In this document: positions 29,656 through 39,424 of the stretch, piece by piece
How positions within the stretch are numbered: position 1 is the first letter of the stretch
Layout of the letters: each line of letters opens with the position of its first letter
Assembly: GCA_050949565.1 (NCBI GenBank)
Contig: JBMNFY010000007.1
Coordinates: 160,001 to 224,000 of the forward strand
Reading direction: 5' to 3'
DNA from: Kiritimatiellia bacterium
GTDB lineage: Bacteria > Verrucomicrobiota > Kiritimatiellia > RFP12 > UBA1067
DNA length: 64,000 nucleotides
Made by a program: the position numbers and the translations under genes
Notes under the pieces: model-generated
Databases searched by the model: none
What the model saw: only the letters and a program-made list of their open reading frames with translations
What the model was told of the DNA's origin: nothing

Positions 29656-30333
29656 ATGAGAACGATGCTTTGCACGCTGGTCATCTGCTTGACCGTAGGG
29701 GCTGCCGTCTTCTCAACCCGCTCTTACGTGCGGGAGGAGGGACGCCGCACCCGTGCGGCGTTCGGCCGCTCTCTCGATACGGACGTTCCAGTCGATGACA
29801 CGCAAAATGTCATCGCCAAAAAACTGGAGTCCATACAGAGCCAGCTTGCGGCGCTAAGCCGCCGCATGACCGTGCTAGAAGAATCCATCGCGGCACGCCC
29901 TCAAGTTGCGGACAACACCGCCCGCCTGCAAACGGATCTGACCGCCACGCGGCAGGAAGTAAAAGCGATCGCCTCTTCGCAAGCCCGGCTGTCAGGGGTT
30001 CCCGGATACTTGGCCGACCTCACCCGCTATCTGGACCGTTCCTTTGCGCACATCGAAAACCGCGTTGCCGATAGCGGCACACCGGAAGCGCTTCTTTTGG
30101 CTGTTGATGATCTCACGCAACGCCTCAATGTGATCGAAGAGTTGGTCGCCACGCTCAATGCGACCTTAGGCGTCTTGCCCGACACGCAAGACGGCGCCCA
30201 AACCACAATACTCTCGTTGGACACGCGGTTATCACAGCTTGCCGAGCAAAACGAAAACATCCGCAAGGACATCGTCGCTTTGCGCGAATGGATGACGCCA
30301 CGTAACATTGATCCGGTCAAAAGGCCGCGCTGA
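29656..30333 (+). CDS. Hypothetical membrane-anchored coiled-coil protein
   Basis: Strong AAGGAGG RBS, N-terminal hydrophobic helix, heptad-rich body. Confidence 0.7.
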   Translation: MRTMLCTLVICLTVGAAVFSTRSYVREEGRRTRAAFGRSLDTDVPVDDTQNVIAKKLESIQSQLAALSRRMTVLEESIAARPQVADNTARLQTDLTATRQEVKAIASSQARLSGVPGYLADLTRYLDRSFAHIENRVADSGTPEALLLAVDDLTQRLNVIEELVATLNATLGVLPDTQDGAQTTILSLDTRLSQLAEQNENIRKDIVALREWMTPRNIDPVKRPR

Positions 30334-30356
30334 GACAGCGGCCACAAGGAATCCCC

Positions 30357-31316
30357 ATGACAATCTTCAAACGCTTACAAACGCCGCTTATTCTCGCCAC
30401 GCTCCTGCTGTTGGTTATCTCAGGGCTCATGACTGGTTGGACGGCCCGCATCATCGAACCGCTGACGCAACGCAATCTCGATTTCCTCGACGCCTCAATT
30501 ATGGACACCTTCCACCTTATGCTTCCGGTCGGCGCCGCCAAAGCCGCCGCCGACATCGTGGAAGGCTCTACCCTGAACGTCGAGGCTGGCGCGGTCCTCG
30601 CCAAGGCCGGTATGACGATCGAAGTTGGCGACTCGCTACAGCCGTTGCTCGACTACATTGAGGTCGCGTGGGACCTGTTGCTTGCCAGCATGATCTATCT
30701 GGTAACCGCCAAGTGCGTCGTGACGGGCGCGAGCGCTACCGCCGGTCCGCTACTGATTTTTGCGCTGGGCGCCTTTCTGCTCAACAGTTTGATCGCCTGC
30801 TTTGCCGCCAACCAACAGGTGCTCCGCCAGATGCTCCATCGCCTCGGCGCGATTTTCTTGCTCTGTGCCCTGCTCTTCCTGCTGATCATCCCCTTGACCG
30901 TCGCTGGCTCGGCCTATCTCACGCGCCATACCACCGCGCCCATGCGCGAGTCAGTCAGCACTTCGTTCCAGAAGATCGGCAAAGTCTTTTCAATGGATCG
31001 CTTCCATGCGACCGATGACCTCAAGGAAAAGGCGGTCGCACTGCGAGACAAGGTATCCGAGTTGAGCCTATATGCCAAAGACGCCATGTCCGACGTAGCG
31101 GTCGCGGTCTGTACACTTGCCGCCGTCAAACTGCTCAATGGCGTCGTCTTCCCGCTTGCTTCGTTCGGTTTTCTAATCTGGCTGGTGCGCGGTTGTCTCT
31201 GGCCTGTGCTCGGCCTGAGTGACCGTCCTTTGGACAGTGACGATTTCCGGCGTCTCCGCGATTTTCTGCATCATCCGCATCCCGAAAAAACATCGGCCAC
31301 ACCTCCTAAATCCTAA
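30357..31316 (+). CDS. Hypothetical multi-pass membrane protein
   Basis: 319-aa ORF with several hydrophobic segments, co-oriented with the upstream gene. Confidence 0.75.
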   Translation: MTIFKRLQTPLILATLLLLVISGLMTGWTARIIEPLTQRNLDFLDASIMDTFHLMLPVGAAKAAADIVEGSTLNVEAGAVLAKAGMTIEVGDSLQPLLDYIEVAWDLLLASMIYLVTAKCVVTGASATAGPLLIFALGAFLLNSLIACFAANQQVLRQMLHRLGAIFLLCALLFLLIIPLTVAGSAYLTRHTTAPMRESVSTSFQKIGKVFSMDRFHATDDLKEKAVALRDKVSELSLYAKDAMSDVAVAVCTLAAVKLLNGVVFPLASFGFLIWLVRGCLWPVLGLSDRPLDSDDFRRLRDFLHHPHPEKTSATPPKS

Positions 31317-31332
31317 CTCCTAATTCCTAACT
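31304..31332. repeat. Heptamer array TCCTAA(A/C/T), interrupted by the IS and resumed at 32996-33006
   Basis: TCCTAAA TCCTAAC TCCTAAT TCCTAAC T [IS] AAC TCCTAAA. Confidence 0.85.
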
Positions 31333-31352
31333 GAGGCTCTTGCAAAACCCCC

Positions 31353-31418
31353 TCGTGACATGGGCGTCCCGCCCATGAAACACGGGCAGGATGCCCGTGC
31401 CACGCCTGCACGCAAGGG
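31353..31418 (+). repeat. REP doublet family A, copy 3 (inside the IS end)
   Basis: TCGTGACATGGGCGTCCCGCCCATGAAACACGGGCAGGATGCCCGTGCCACGCCTGCACGCAAGGG. Confidence 0.9.
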
Positions 31419-31574
31419 ATTTTGCAGGATTTTCTGACGAAGAGGCGCAGCGGTTGCTGAAAAACGGACGCGACAGGGCGTTTTTCCCGTTTTTCGGATG
31501 TTTCCGGGCAGACCCCGGCGCCTCCGCCCGGTCGCGGGCGGGTTTTCAGGGAGGGCAGTCTGCCGCGGGGCCGG

Positions 31575-32691
31575 TCAGGGAAGCATTCTGAGCATCTGCT
31601 CGGCGGCGATGACCAGCAGCCCGAAGGCCAGATGCGCCGCCACCTTCGCCGGGCCGCGCACCCGGACGTTCCGTCCGCCGTGCTCTTCGTGCAGATGGCT
31701 GTTGACGCGCTCGGACGGCCGTGCGTTCGTGGTAGCGCCGGGCTTCCGCCGGGGAGAACTCGATCTTCTCGCCCCGGCGCGGGTTGTGGTCGATGAGCGC
31801 CACGTGCCCCAGCCGCGCCGACATCTCGCGGATCTCCTTGGCGTCGTAGGCGGCGTCGGCCAGATCATAGAGGTTGACGATCCGTCCGGCGGTCATCTGC
31901 GCCAGCGGGATGGCGGCCTGGCTGTCGTGCAGGCTGGCGGAAGTGAGTATGAAGCTGACCGGGATATCGCCGTCGATCACGTCCAGATGGGCCTTGTAGC
32001 CGCGCCAGCATTCTGTCTTGCCCTTGCTGTTCTTCTTGCAGCCCCAGTCGCAGGACGCGGGCAGGTCGGCCAGGTTTTCCTTCAAGCCGCGGTTGAGCTG
32101 CAGTTGCAGCCGTGTCGGATCCGGCGGCGGCGCCGGGGGCTCGCCCTTCCTGCGCCGGCCGCGTTTGCCGCGCTCGGGGGCGGGGGCCGTCTCCGGCTTG
32201 GCCGCGGCCTTCTCGCGGGCGCGGATCGCGGTGGCGTCGCGGCTGACGTGCCCGGCGAGCTTGTCGCCATAGCGGGCCTTGACCATCGCCTCGTGGATTT
32301 CCTGAGGGCACCCGTTTTTGGCGAATTCGGCGAAGGCGCGCGAGAAGGTCGACGCCGAGGGCACTTCGCCGAGCGTCTCCCAGCCGCACAGCCGGCGCAG
32401 GGCCGGACGGTGGCGGATGGCGTCGATCAGGCCGCTCGTGGTGTCGAAGTTCCAGACGGTCTTGCCTATGAACGCCTTGCACATCGCCAGCCGGTCGCAC
32501 GGCGGGCAGCCGTTGCCGCACCAGCGGTAGGCGCCCATGTGATCCTGCGGGGCGCACAGCTCGCAGACCGCGACGAACTGGCGGTGCTTCTCGTCGAGTT
32601 CCCCGATCTCGTCCTCCAGCATCGGGAAGAGCCATGACTGGATGCTGTTCCACAACTGGCCCAGAGGGGGTTGATGTCGCGTTTCCTTCAT
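31575..32691 (-). pseudogene. DDE transposase with a one-base frameshift near 31715 (real lesion or assembly error)
   Basis: LRRLCGW..VPSASTFSR, SRDATAI, WRGYKAH, SASLHDS, LADAAYD; the ERVNSHL segment carrying the catalytic Glu lies in another frame (ORF 31575-31868). Confidence 0.85.
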
Positions 32692-33010
32692 GCGTTTTTG
32701 TCTCCTTTCCGCGTTTGTTTTTCCGTCCTTACGGATGATGGAGGCATTGTAACATATTGCGCGGCAACAAGATACAACAAAAATCGGGGGGGGGGGGGGG
32801 GGGGTAGACAAACACCCCGGAATGTGCGACAATACCCCTGTTCGTTTTGGGCGCGGTATGGTGCCGTGCAGAAGGCGACGCGGCGTGGGGCGGAGCGTCA
32901 TGCCCGGCCGCGCCGGGCGGTGGGATGGTTCGCTGACAAGACGTCCCGCCCGCAGGCCGTCAGGCGTTGCGGTGTGGGGGTTTTGCAAGAGCCTCAACTC
33001 CTAAATTCCC

Positions 33011-33955
33011 ATGCTCACCCCCTACACCACGACACTGACCGATGAAGCCGAACGCCGCGGCATCCGCGTGGTCCTGATCAACAACGATCCCGACCTGCCG
33101 ATCTTCGACCTCATCAGAAACGGCCAAAGCGTGCGCTGCTTCAACGCCCTTACCGATCAGGTCGGTGCGGCTACCTACCATCTGGTCAATCACAAGCGCG
33201 CCTGTCACAATTGGCTGGTGCGCCAGCGTATCCCGGTGCCGGCGCAAATCGTCTATGACGACGCGCATCCTGCGCTCGCCTTGGACTTTCTCCGCGACCA
33301 CGCGCCGATTGTCGTCAAACCCTGCATGCAGTGGGGCGCGCGCGGCGTGTCGATGAGCGTGCGTACCCCCGAAGACCTGCAAGCCGCCGTCCGCCGCGCA
33401 CGACGCTTCGAGCCCGATGTGATTCTGGAAGAGACTGTGCCCGGTGAGGATCTGCGCGTGATCCTCGTCGGAGGCGAGTTGGCAGCCGCCATCCGCCGGA
33501 CGCCTGCCACCGTCACCGGCGACGGCATCCACACGCTGCGCCAACTCATCCTACGCCGTAACGCCTCCCGCCGCCGCGAAGATCCCAGCAATCTGATTCC
33601 GTGGGACGCCGAAACACGTCGCAACCTCGCGGAACTGGGCCGCACTCCGGACGAGGTTCCGTCTTGCGGCGAGCAGGTGCGCGTACGCTTGACCAACAAC
33701 TACCACACTGGCGGCACAGTCGACATCGTCACGGACAAGGTGCCCGTCCGTGCACTCCGCATCGCGCAACGCATCGTGCGCAGCCTCAATCTGCCGCTGG
33801 CCGGTGTCGACTTCCTGATTGACCGCGCCACACGCCGTTTCACGGTCATTGAGGTCAGTCCCGACATGGCCATCTCGCCGCCCGAAGGCGCGACCGTCGC
33901 GCAACGCTTTCTCGACTTTCTCTTTCCCGACACACAAAAAAAGGAACCCTCATGA
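33011..33955 (+). CDS. Stand-alone ATP-grasp ligase (cyanophycin synthetase/Ngg-like domain)
   Basis: DEAERRGI, IVVKP..GARGV, GEDLRVILV, R.PATVTGDG, NYHTGG, AGVDF, VIEV. Confidence 0.85.
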   Translation: MLTPYTTTLTDEAERRGIRVVLINNDPDLPIFDLIRNGQSVRCFNALTDQVGAATYHLVNHKRACHNWLVRQRIPVPAQIVYDDAHPALALDFLRDHAPIVVKPCMQWGARGVSMSVRTPEDLQAAVRRARRFEPDVILEETVPGEDLRVILVGGELAAAIRRTPATVTGDGIHTLRQLILRRNASRRREDPSNLIPWDAETRRNLAELGRTPDEVPSCGEQVRVRLTNNYHTGGTVDIVTDKVPVRALRIAQRIVRSLNLPLAGVDFLIDRATRRFTVIEVSPDMAISPPEGATVAQRFLDFLFPDTQKKEPS

Positions 33956-34818
33956 AACATGCCTGTACCCTGATCGCCGGTGCCTTCTGCGCCGTGCTGT
34001 TCGCCCGTTCGGAATCTACGATTGAATATCGCTATCTGGACGAACTCGCTTCGCCCAAACGCTGGGCACCTGCCGAGTGCGAGGTGACCGTCTCGCCGCA
34101 CCGTGCCTGGGAACATCCGGTCGCCTGTATGCACATTCCGGTCGACTTTCACGCCGGTGAAAAAGCCTACCCCATCGGCTGGCCACGCATGTACCTGAAT
34201 CTGACCGAAGAAGAGCGGGGCTGGAACGAATACGACTGCTTTGAATTCCAACTCTATACTGAAAGCTCTCGCGAAAAACTGCCCACACGTCCCGTCACTT
34301 TTCACCTCTACGACACGCAGGGGCAGAAGAAGCTCATCGAGTTGCAGCAGGCTACACTCAAAGAATGGCGCACCGTCAGCGTCAATCTCTCAGACCTCGG
34401 TCTGGCCGGACCGGTTGCGCGTCTGGGTTTCAATATCAACGAATCCGACTACAACGACAAAGACTGGGTCGCCTTCCATGTCGGCGGTTTCCGCTTGTCG
34501 CGTAGGACGGCACCGCATGTCACAGAGCTACGCGCAGTAACGCCGGTCCTCTTTTGCGATAGCCGCGTGCTGCCGATCGAACTCGTCATCGAGGGTCCGG
34601 CAGCACAACTCGCCTCCGGCATTCCGGTGCAGCTTCGTTCCGGTACACGCACGGTACTCACGCGCAGCCTGCCGGTGGCACGCGGTCGCCAGACACTCTA
34701 CGTGCCTTTGGATGCAAAGCCGCTCCCGCCCGGTGCCTATACCGTTGTCGTCACCCCGGATGCCGAAGGACGCGGACCCGAAGCGGCTGTCACCGTGACG
34801 ACCTCACCTTGGCAATAA
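33952..34818 (+). CDS. Secreted hypothetical protein with a probable beta-sandwich (CBM-like) fold
   Basis: Signal peptide; ATGA overlap with the upstream gene. Confidence 0.7.
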   Translation: MKHACTLIAGAFCAVLFARSESTIEYRYLDELASPKRWAPAECEVTVSPHRAWEHPVACMHIPVDFHAGEKAYPIGWPRMYLNLTEEERGWNEYDCFEFQLYTESSREKLPTRPVTFHLYDTQGQKKLIELQQATLKEWRTVSVNLSDLGLAGPVARLGFNINESDYNDKDWVAFHVGGFRLSRRTAPHVTELRAVTPVLFCDSRVLPIELVIEGPAAQLASGIPVQLRSGTRTVLTRSLPVARGRQTLYVPLDAKPLPPGAYTVVVTPDAEGRGPEAAVTVTTSPWQ

Positions 34819-34858
34819 TGACACCCCCTCCCCTCTTTCATTTTCACTAAGGAGCACC

Positions 34859-37156
34859 ATGAAAACACGTATTACACTCGCCCTCTTCGTGGCAGCCGCA
34901 TCATCCTCCCTCTATGCCGCACCGGTCATCTTTGATTTGGGAACCGCCGACTCCCCCTTGCACGACGGTGCGCTGCGCGTCACCGAAAAAGGCGGCGAAC
35001 ACGCCACATGGGAATCGGCCGCGCCGCTTGCCGCGCGGGCCAATCCCATCCAGCGTGATTGGGTCGAAAACACCCACGCGCGGCGCAAGGATCCACCCGC
35101 CTCCTATCATACCGAACTCACCTGCGATTATGTCGCCGCCACTGCCCCCGCCACGCTGACCCTCGCGTTGCCGTCCGGCTCCTACCGCTTGGTCTTGCTC
35201 TGCGGTCGTGCCGGAGGACACGCCGCACAGGTGTGGGACACCTGTGTGACCACCGAGGACGGAGCCAGCGTACAGGCCACGTTCGCCGGAGCTCATGAAC
35301 TGCGAGCGTTAACGCTGAACGCGACCACCGGTACACAAGGCATCCGCCTCGCCCTGACCACACGCAGCCGCTGGGTGCTGAACGCCGTGATCGCAGTGCC
35401 GACCGCCGAATGGGAGACCGCGCAGCGCGACACGATTGAACCGCTGCTCCGCGACGCGCTGCTGCTACCGCGCGACGTATTGGCGTCATGGAAGATCGTC
35501 CCGCGTCCCGATCCCTCACCCGAACCGGTCTGGACCGAGCGGCAGCGGCAGGACGGCGTGGCCGTCTATGCGCGGCCTTGGTGCGAGCCGGTATGGCCCG
35601 ACCACAAACCGCGTCAGCACGAACTGGACGCACCGGTGCGCGCCTTCGCCGCCCAGGGCGAATATGAGCCAATGACCTTTACGCTTCATGCGTTGCGCGC
35701 CGTCACCAACGTTGATGTCCGTCTCAGTGCGATGGTCTGCACCAACGGCCGTACGCGCATCGAGATCCCGGCTGAAGACATCGACCTGCGCGCGGTTCGC
35801 TACATGTACGTGCGTCCCAACTACAACGCCTTCAACACCACCTACCGCGCGCCGGACGTCCTGATGCCTTGGCAGCCGCAACCGATTCCGCGCGGCGAAA
35901 ACCTGCGCCTCTGGCTCACCGTGCATGTGGGGGTCGGCCAGCCCGCGGGCCTCTATCACGGACGCGCGACCGTCACTGCCGACCACACGAAGCTCGAAGT
36001 ACCGCTCACGCTGCGCGTCCTGCCGATCACGCTGCTCAAAGACCAGTCACTCGTTTACGGTCAATACTACCGTCATCCGCTACCGAACAGTGAAGGCGCG
36101 CCGGACACATTCTCGCGGGCTTGGTGGCAGCGTAAAGCCGAGGCCGAACACCGCGACATGCGCGAGCACGGCATGAACACCGTGGTGCTGGGCTTGTGGG
36201 GCAGGTACAAGGACGGACGCTGGCTCTTCTCGTTCGACACACTGCAACGTCATCTCGACCTTGCGCGCAGTGTCGGCTTCGACAAGCCGTTTGTCTGTTC
36301 GTTCCCCTGCTCCGCCCTCTACCACAAACACATGAAAGCCGACATGGGCTCGCACCTCTCGCAGATCAAGATGCCACCCGACGCCTTTTTCGACGAACTG
36401 ACCGAGATGGTACGAACCATTGAGGCCGAGGCCCGCCGCCGCCAATGGCCCGAACTGCTCTACTATCCGGTGGACGAGCCCTCGACCAGTCCGGACTCGG
36501 TCGCCTTCATGACGCGCGTCATGGCCGCCATCAAAAAAGTCCCGAAGGTGCGGACCTACGTCACAGCCGATCCCGAACACGAGCCCTTCGCGCAAATGCG
36601 TCCGTATGTGGATGTCTGGTGCTGCCAGCCCTTCTCGCTGGGACGCGAAGCGATACTGGCCGACATGAAGGCACGCGGCGTCGAGTACTGGTGTTACCCC
36701 AACCACATCTCGGGCGAAAACGACCACACACCCACGATCGGCGCGCGCATGACCTATGGCTTCGGATTCTGGCAATCCGGTTACCGCTGCCTGATCCCTT
36801 GGATCTACCAGTATATGACGGGCGATCCTTGGAGCTATCTGGACGCTTCGACCTCCGACTTCCTCAACCGTACTGCGGATGACGGCACGCCGATCCCCGT
36901 GGCCTTGTGGGAAGCCTATCGCGAGGGCATTGACGACCACCGCTACATCTTCACGCTGGAAACCGCCATAGACCGTGCCGAAGCTGCCGGAAGGCACGAG
37001 TCAGCCAACCGTGCGCGTGAGGTCTTGAAGCGCATCCTGGAGACGATGTACATCCAGCCCAAGTACAAGCACGACGGCCTGTGGTCGGCCTGCACCTTTG
37101 ATGCCTGGCGGTGGGCGCTGGCCGAGCAAATCCTCGCTTTGCAGGCTGAAGAATAG
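34859..37156 (+). CDS. Secreted putative glycoside hydrolase (DUF4091/GH123-like)
   Basis: Signal peptide, AAQGEYEP, YPVDEP, WEAYREGIDDHRY. Confidence 0.75.
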   Translation: MKTRITLALFVAAASSSLYAAPVIFDLGTADSPLHDGALRVTEKGGEHATWESAAPLAARANPIQRDWVENTHARRKDPPASYHTELTCDYVAATAPATLTLALPSGSYRLVLLCGRAGGHAAQVWDTCVTTEDGASVQATFAGAHELRALTLNATTGTQGIRLALTTRSRWVLNAVIAVPTAEWETAQRDTIEPLLRDALLLPRDVLASWKIVPRPDPSPEPVWTERQRQDGVAVYARPWCEPVWPDHKPRQHELDAPVRAFAAQGEYEPMTFTLHALRAVTNVDVRLSAMVCTNGRTRIEIPAEDIDLRAVRYMYVRPNYNAFNTTYRAPDVLMPWQPQPIPRGENLRLWLTVHVGVGQPAGLYHGRATVTADHTKLEVPLTLRVLPITLLKDQSLVYGQYYRHPLPNSEGAPDTFSRAWWQRKAEAEHRDMREHGMNTVVLGLWGRYKDGRWLFSFDTLQRHLDLARSVGFDKPFVCSFPCSALYHKHMKADMGSHLSQIKMPPDAFFDELTEMVRTIEAEARRRQWPELLYYPVDEPSTSPDSVAFMTRVMAAIKKVPKVRTYVTADPEHEPFAQMRPYVDVWCCQPFSLGREAILADMKARGVEYWCYPNHISGENDHTPTIGARMTYGFGFWQSGYRCLIPWIYQYMTGDPWSYLDASTSDFLNRTADDGTPIPVALWEAYREGIDDHRYIFTLETAIDRAEAAGRHESANRAREVLKRILETMYIQPKYKHDGLWSACTFDAWRWALAEQILALQAEE

Positions 37157-37188
37157 AAACCGCAACCTTATCTGGACACATCCCTGTC

Positions 37189-38535
37189 ATGAGCCTCTTG
37201 TCACGTTATCTTCAAGCCTCACTGGTCAAACGCGTCATCGTCGGCCTGCTGGCCGGTGCCGCGCTCGGTGCCGGCCTCTGGTACGCCTCCATCGCATTCG
37301 ACATCAAAGAGCAGGTACAGCAGATGATGCGTGTCTGCTCGCCTTTCGGCACCGTCTTCATCAGCCTGCTGAAGATGATTGTGATACCCACCGTCTTCTT
37401 CTCGCTGGTGCAGGGTGCCTCCTCGCTGCCGTTAAGCAAGTTGGGACGTGCTGGCGGCAAGATCGTGTGCTGGTACCTCGCCTCCATGTGCGTCTCGGCA
37501 CTCATCGGGATCGGCCTCGCGCTTTGGATCAACCCCGGTGCAGGCGCATCACTGACAGGCTGGCAAGAACTGGCGCAGCAATTCGGTTCGCAAGCGCAGG
37601 CAATCGCACAGACCGACAGCGCCAAAAGCCTGACCGAGGTCTTGGAGAAACTGCTGCTCGACTTCTTCCAAAACCCCTTCCAGGCGTTGGCAAACGGCAA
37701 CTTCCTTGGCATCATCGGCTTTGCAATCCTCTTCGGCATCAGCATCCGGCTGGTAATCGAAACCACGGAGGACACCGCCGTCCAAGCGAAGATGCAGAGC
37801 CTGATCAACCTGTGCGACGCCTGCATGCTGGCCGTCAACCGCATCATCGGCATGGTGATGAACTACTCGCCGATCGGCGTGTTTTTCCTGTCGGCCGGTA
37901 TCTTTTCGGTCTACGGTCCGGCGATCATCGGCCCCTACGTCACGGTCTTGCTAGGTGTGGCATCCGGCATTCTCTTCCTGATCTTCGTGGTGTATCCCGC
38001 CGTACTGGCCCTCGTGCTGCGGCAAAACCCCTACCGCATTTTGGGGGCGGTGAAAGAAGCGATGGTGCTGGCCTTCGTCACGCGGTCGAGTGCGGCGACG
38101 CTGCCGGTATCGATCCGCGTCAGCGAAGAACGCCTGGGGATCAACCGCGAGCTGGCGAGCTTCGCATTGCCGCTGGGCGCGACGGTCAACATGGACGGCG
38201 TGTGCGTCCACCTGCCGATGTTCGCGATTCTGGCCGCAAACATGTTCGGCATCACATTGGGCTTCGGCGATCTCGCGCTGATGATGGTGACGACCGTTCT
38301 GGCGGCGATCGGCGCGGGCGGCGTGCCGGGCGGCAGTCTGATGTTGCTCTTCATCATTCTGGGAACGCTCGGACTCGACGCCACACAAATCGCGGTGATC
38401 GTGGCCTTGGCGGTCGGCATCAATCCTGTGCTCGACATGTTCGAGACCATGGGCAACGTGACCGGCGATCTGCTCTGCACCTACACCGTCGCCGCACGCG
38501 AAGGCCTGACCGACGGCAGGATCCAACGCAGTTGA
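37189..38535 (+). CDS. Dicarboxylate/amino acid:cation symporter (DAACS)
   Basis: FISLLKMIVIP, AFVTRSSAATLP, PLGATVNMDG, GAGGVPGG, LDMFETMGNVTGD. Confidence 0.95.
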   Translation: MSLLSRYLQASLVKRVIVGLLAGAALGAGLWYASIAFDIKEQVQQMMRVCSPFGTVFISLLKMIVIPTVFFSLVQGASSLPLSKLGRAGGKIVCWYLASMCVSALIGIGLALWINPGAGASLTGWQELAQQFGSQAQAIAQTDSAKSLTEVLEKLLLDFFQNPFQALANGNFLGIIGFAILFGISIRLVIETTEDTAVQAKMQSLINLCDACMLAVNRIIGMVMNYSPIGVFFLSAGIFSVYGPAIIGPYVTVLLGVASGILFLIFVVYPAVLALVLRQNPYRILGAVKEAMVLAFVTRSSAATLPVSIRVSEERLGINRELASFALPLGATVNMDGVCVHLPMFAILAANMFGITLGFGDLALMMVTTVLAAIGAGGVPGGSLMLLFIILGTLGLDATQIAVIVALAVGINPVLDMFETMGNVTGDLLCTYTVAAREGLTDGRIQRS

Positions 38536-38551
38536 ACGGCATCCCTCGCTT

Positions 38552-38580
38552 GTTGCGACCACGTAGTGGCTCGCAACTTT
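38552..38580 (+). terminator. Hairpin after the symporter gene
   Basis: GTTGCGA-CCAC-GTA-GTGG-C-TCGCAAC followed by TTT. Confidence 0.5.
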
Positions 38581-38621
38581 GAGAGTAAAAGTCCTGCTCG
38601 GCTTTTCCCTCGCGAACGGAT

Positions 38622-38663
38622 TTGGAATGCGACGGCAAGCGTCGTTCCGCGCGACGCTGCTTT
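38622..38663 (+). repeat. Single arm of REP-like family C
   Basis: TTGGAATGCGACGGCAAGCGTCGTTCCGCGCGACGCTGCTTT matches the reverse complement of 54016-54057 at 36 of 42 positions. Confidence 0.8.
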
Positions 38664-38768
38664 AGCTTTTCCGTCAAACAAATTGGGAGCTTGACCCTAT
38701 CCGTCTGGACGAATAACATAACTGCATCGAATGGGATTGTACGTTTTCGCGAGGTAGGCTCAACTGCA

Positions 38769-39184
38769 GTTCGGCGAGACAAGATGATGAATGGACATCT
38801 GCTTATCGCCGTTTCGACGATTTATGTGCCCTCGGCTGGACGCGGTCAACGACAGGAGGAGAAAGACACCATGTTTGGAATGAAAAAGGCAGAGAAAGTC
38901 CACCGGGGCGAGTTTGGAACATGTTGCAAGGATCTTGCAGACTGTCTGAAACAGCCGAATGCCCTCATCCGAAAACAAGAAGACGGGAGGCTGTTTCTCA
39001 CGATTGGCTATATGGAGACGGATCAGGGAACTGGCTGGTTTGACCACGCTGTGATCTATTGCCCGTTCTGTGGTTCGAAACTGCAAGACCGCAAGGCTCT
39101 GGCAGACACGATAAAGGACAGATGATGCCGAACAAAATTTTCCAGCGTACGTCACATCGCTACCGCGCCGCCGCTGAAAGGAAC
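38769..39184 (+). mobile_element. Solitary integron-like gene cassette with truncated attC
   Basis: Core GTTCGGC (38769-38775); inverse core GCCGAAC (39127-39133) 1 nt after the stop; 5-nt spacer; L'' TTTCCAGC; L' GCTGAAA; 5-nt spacer; R' missing. Confidence 0.65.
38871..39125 (+). CDS. Small Cys-rich protein (CC...CPFCG; resembles DUF6980-type proteins)
   Basis: AGGAGG RBS, 84 aa, TCCKDL and IYCPFCGSKL; lower GC than the flanks. Confidence 0.75.
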   Translation: MFGMKKAEKVHRGEFGTCCKDLADCLKQPNALIRKQEDGRLFLTIGYMETDQGTGWFDHAVIYCPFCGSKLQDRKALADTIKDR

Positions 39185-39424
39185 TACATGATTTTACAGG
39201 GTCTCGGCTGCGAGACTTTTGTCAGAAGAGGACAGCCGAAATGATGAACGGAGTATTCCCACCACAACCTACTACCTATCGCAGTTATAGCGCGGCACAG
39301 GCAAAAGGGCTTAACCTAAAAAAAAGCAGTTGGATGTGCGGATTTTGAGCAAAGGCCTGTAAACATTGGCTTCCGTTGAGATCCGCGCCGCACCTATCTG
39401 GTGCAGAACGCAATTTCTGATTGG

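Larger units (their letters stand above)
31333..32995 (-). mobile_element. Insertion sequence, 1663 bp, IS5/IS1182-like DDE element
   Basis: Perfect 20-bp terminal inverted repeats GAGGCTCTTGCAAAACCCCC (31333-31352 and 32976-32995); AACT duplicated at 31329-31332 and 32996-32999. Confidence 0.93.

Noticed and set aside
32692-32997. Long N-terminal extension of the transposase ORF, including a poly-Pro run
   Set aside because: It reads through the IS end and the C19 tract; the RBS-preceded start at 32691 is more plausible
37098-38582. 494-aa alternative-frame ORF over the symporter
   Set aside because: Arg-rich off-frame translation of a clear DAACS gene
39340-39415. Possible IS-end remnant (GGCCTGTAAACATTGGC...GTGCAGAACGCA)
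   Set aside because: No partner inverted repeat, target duplication or transposase fragment was found
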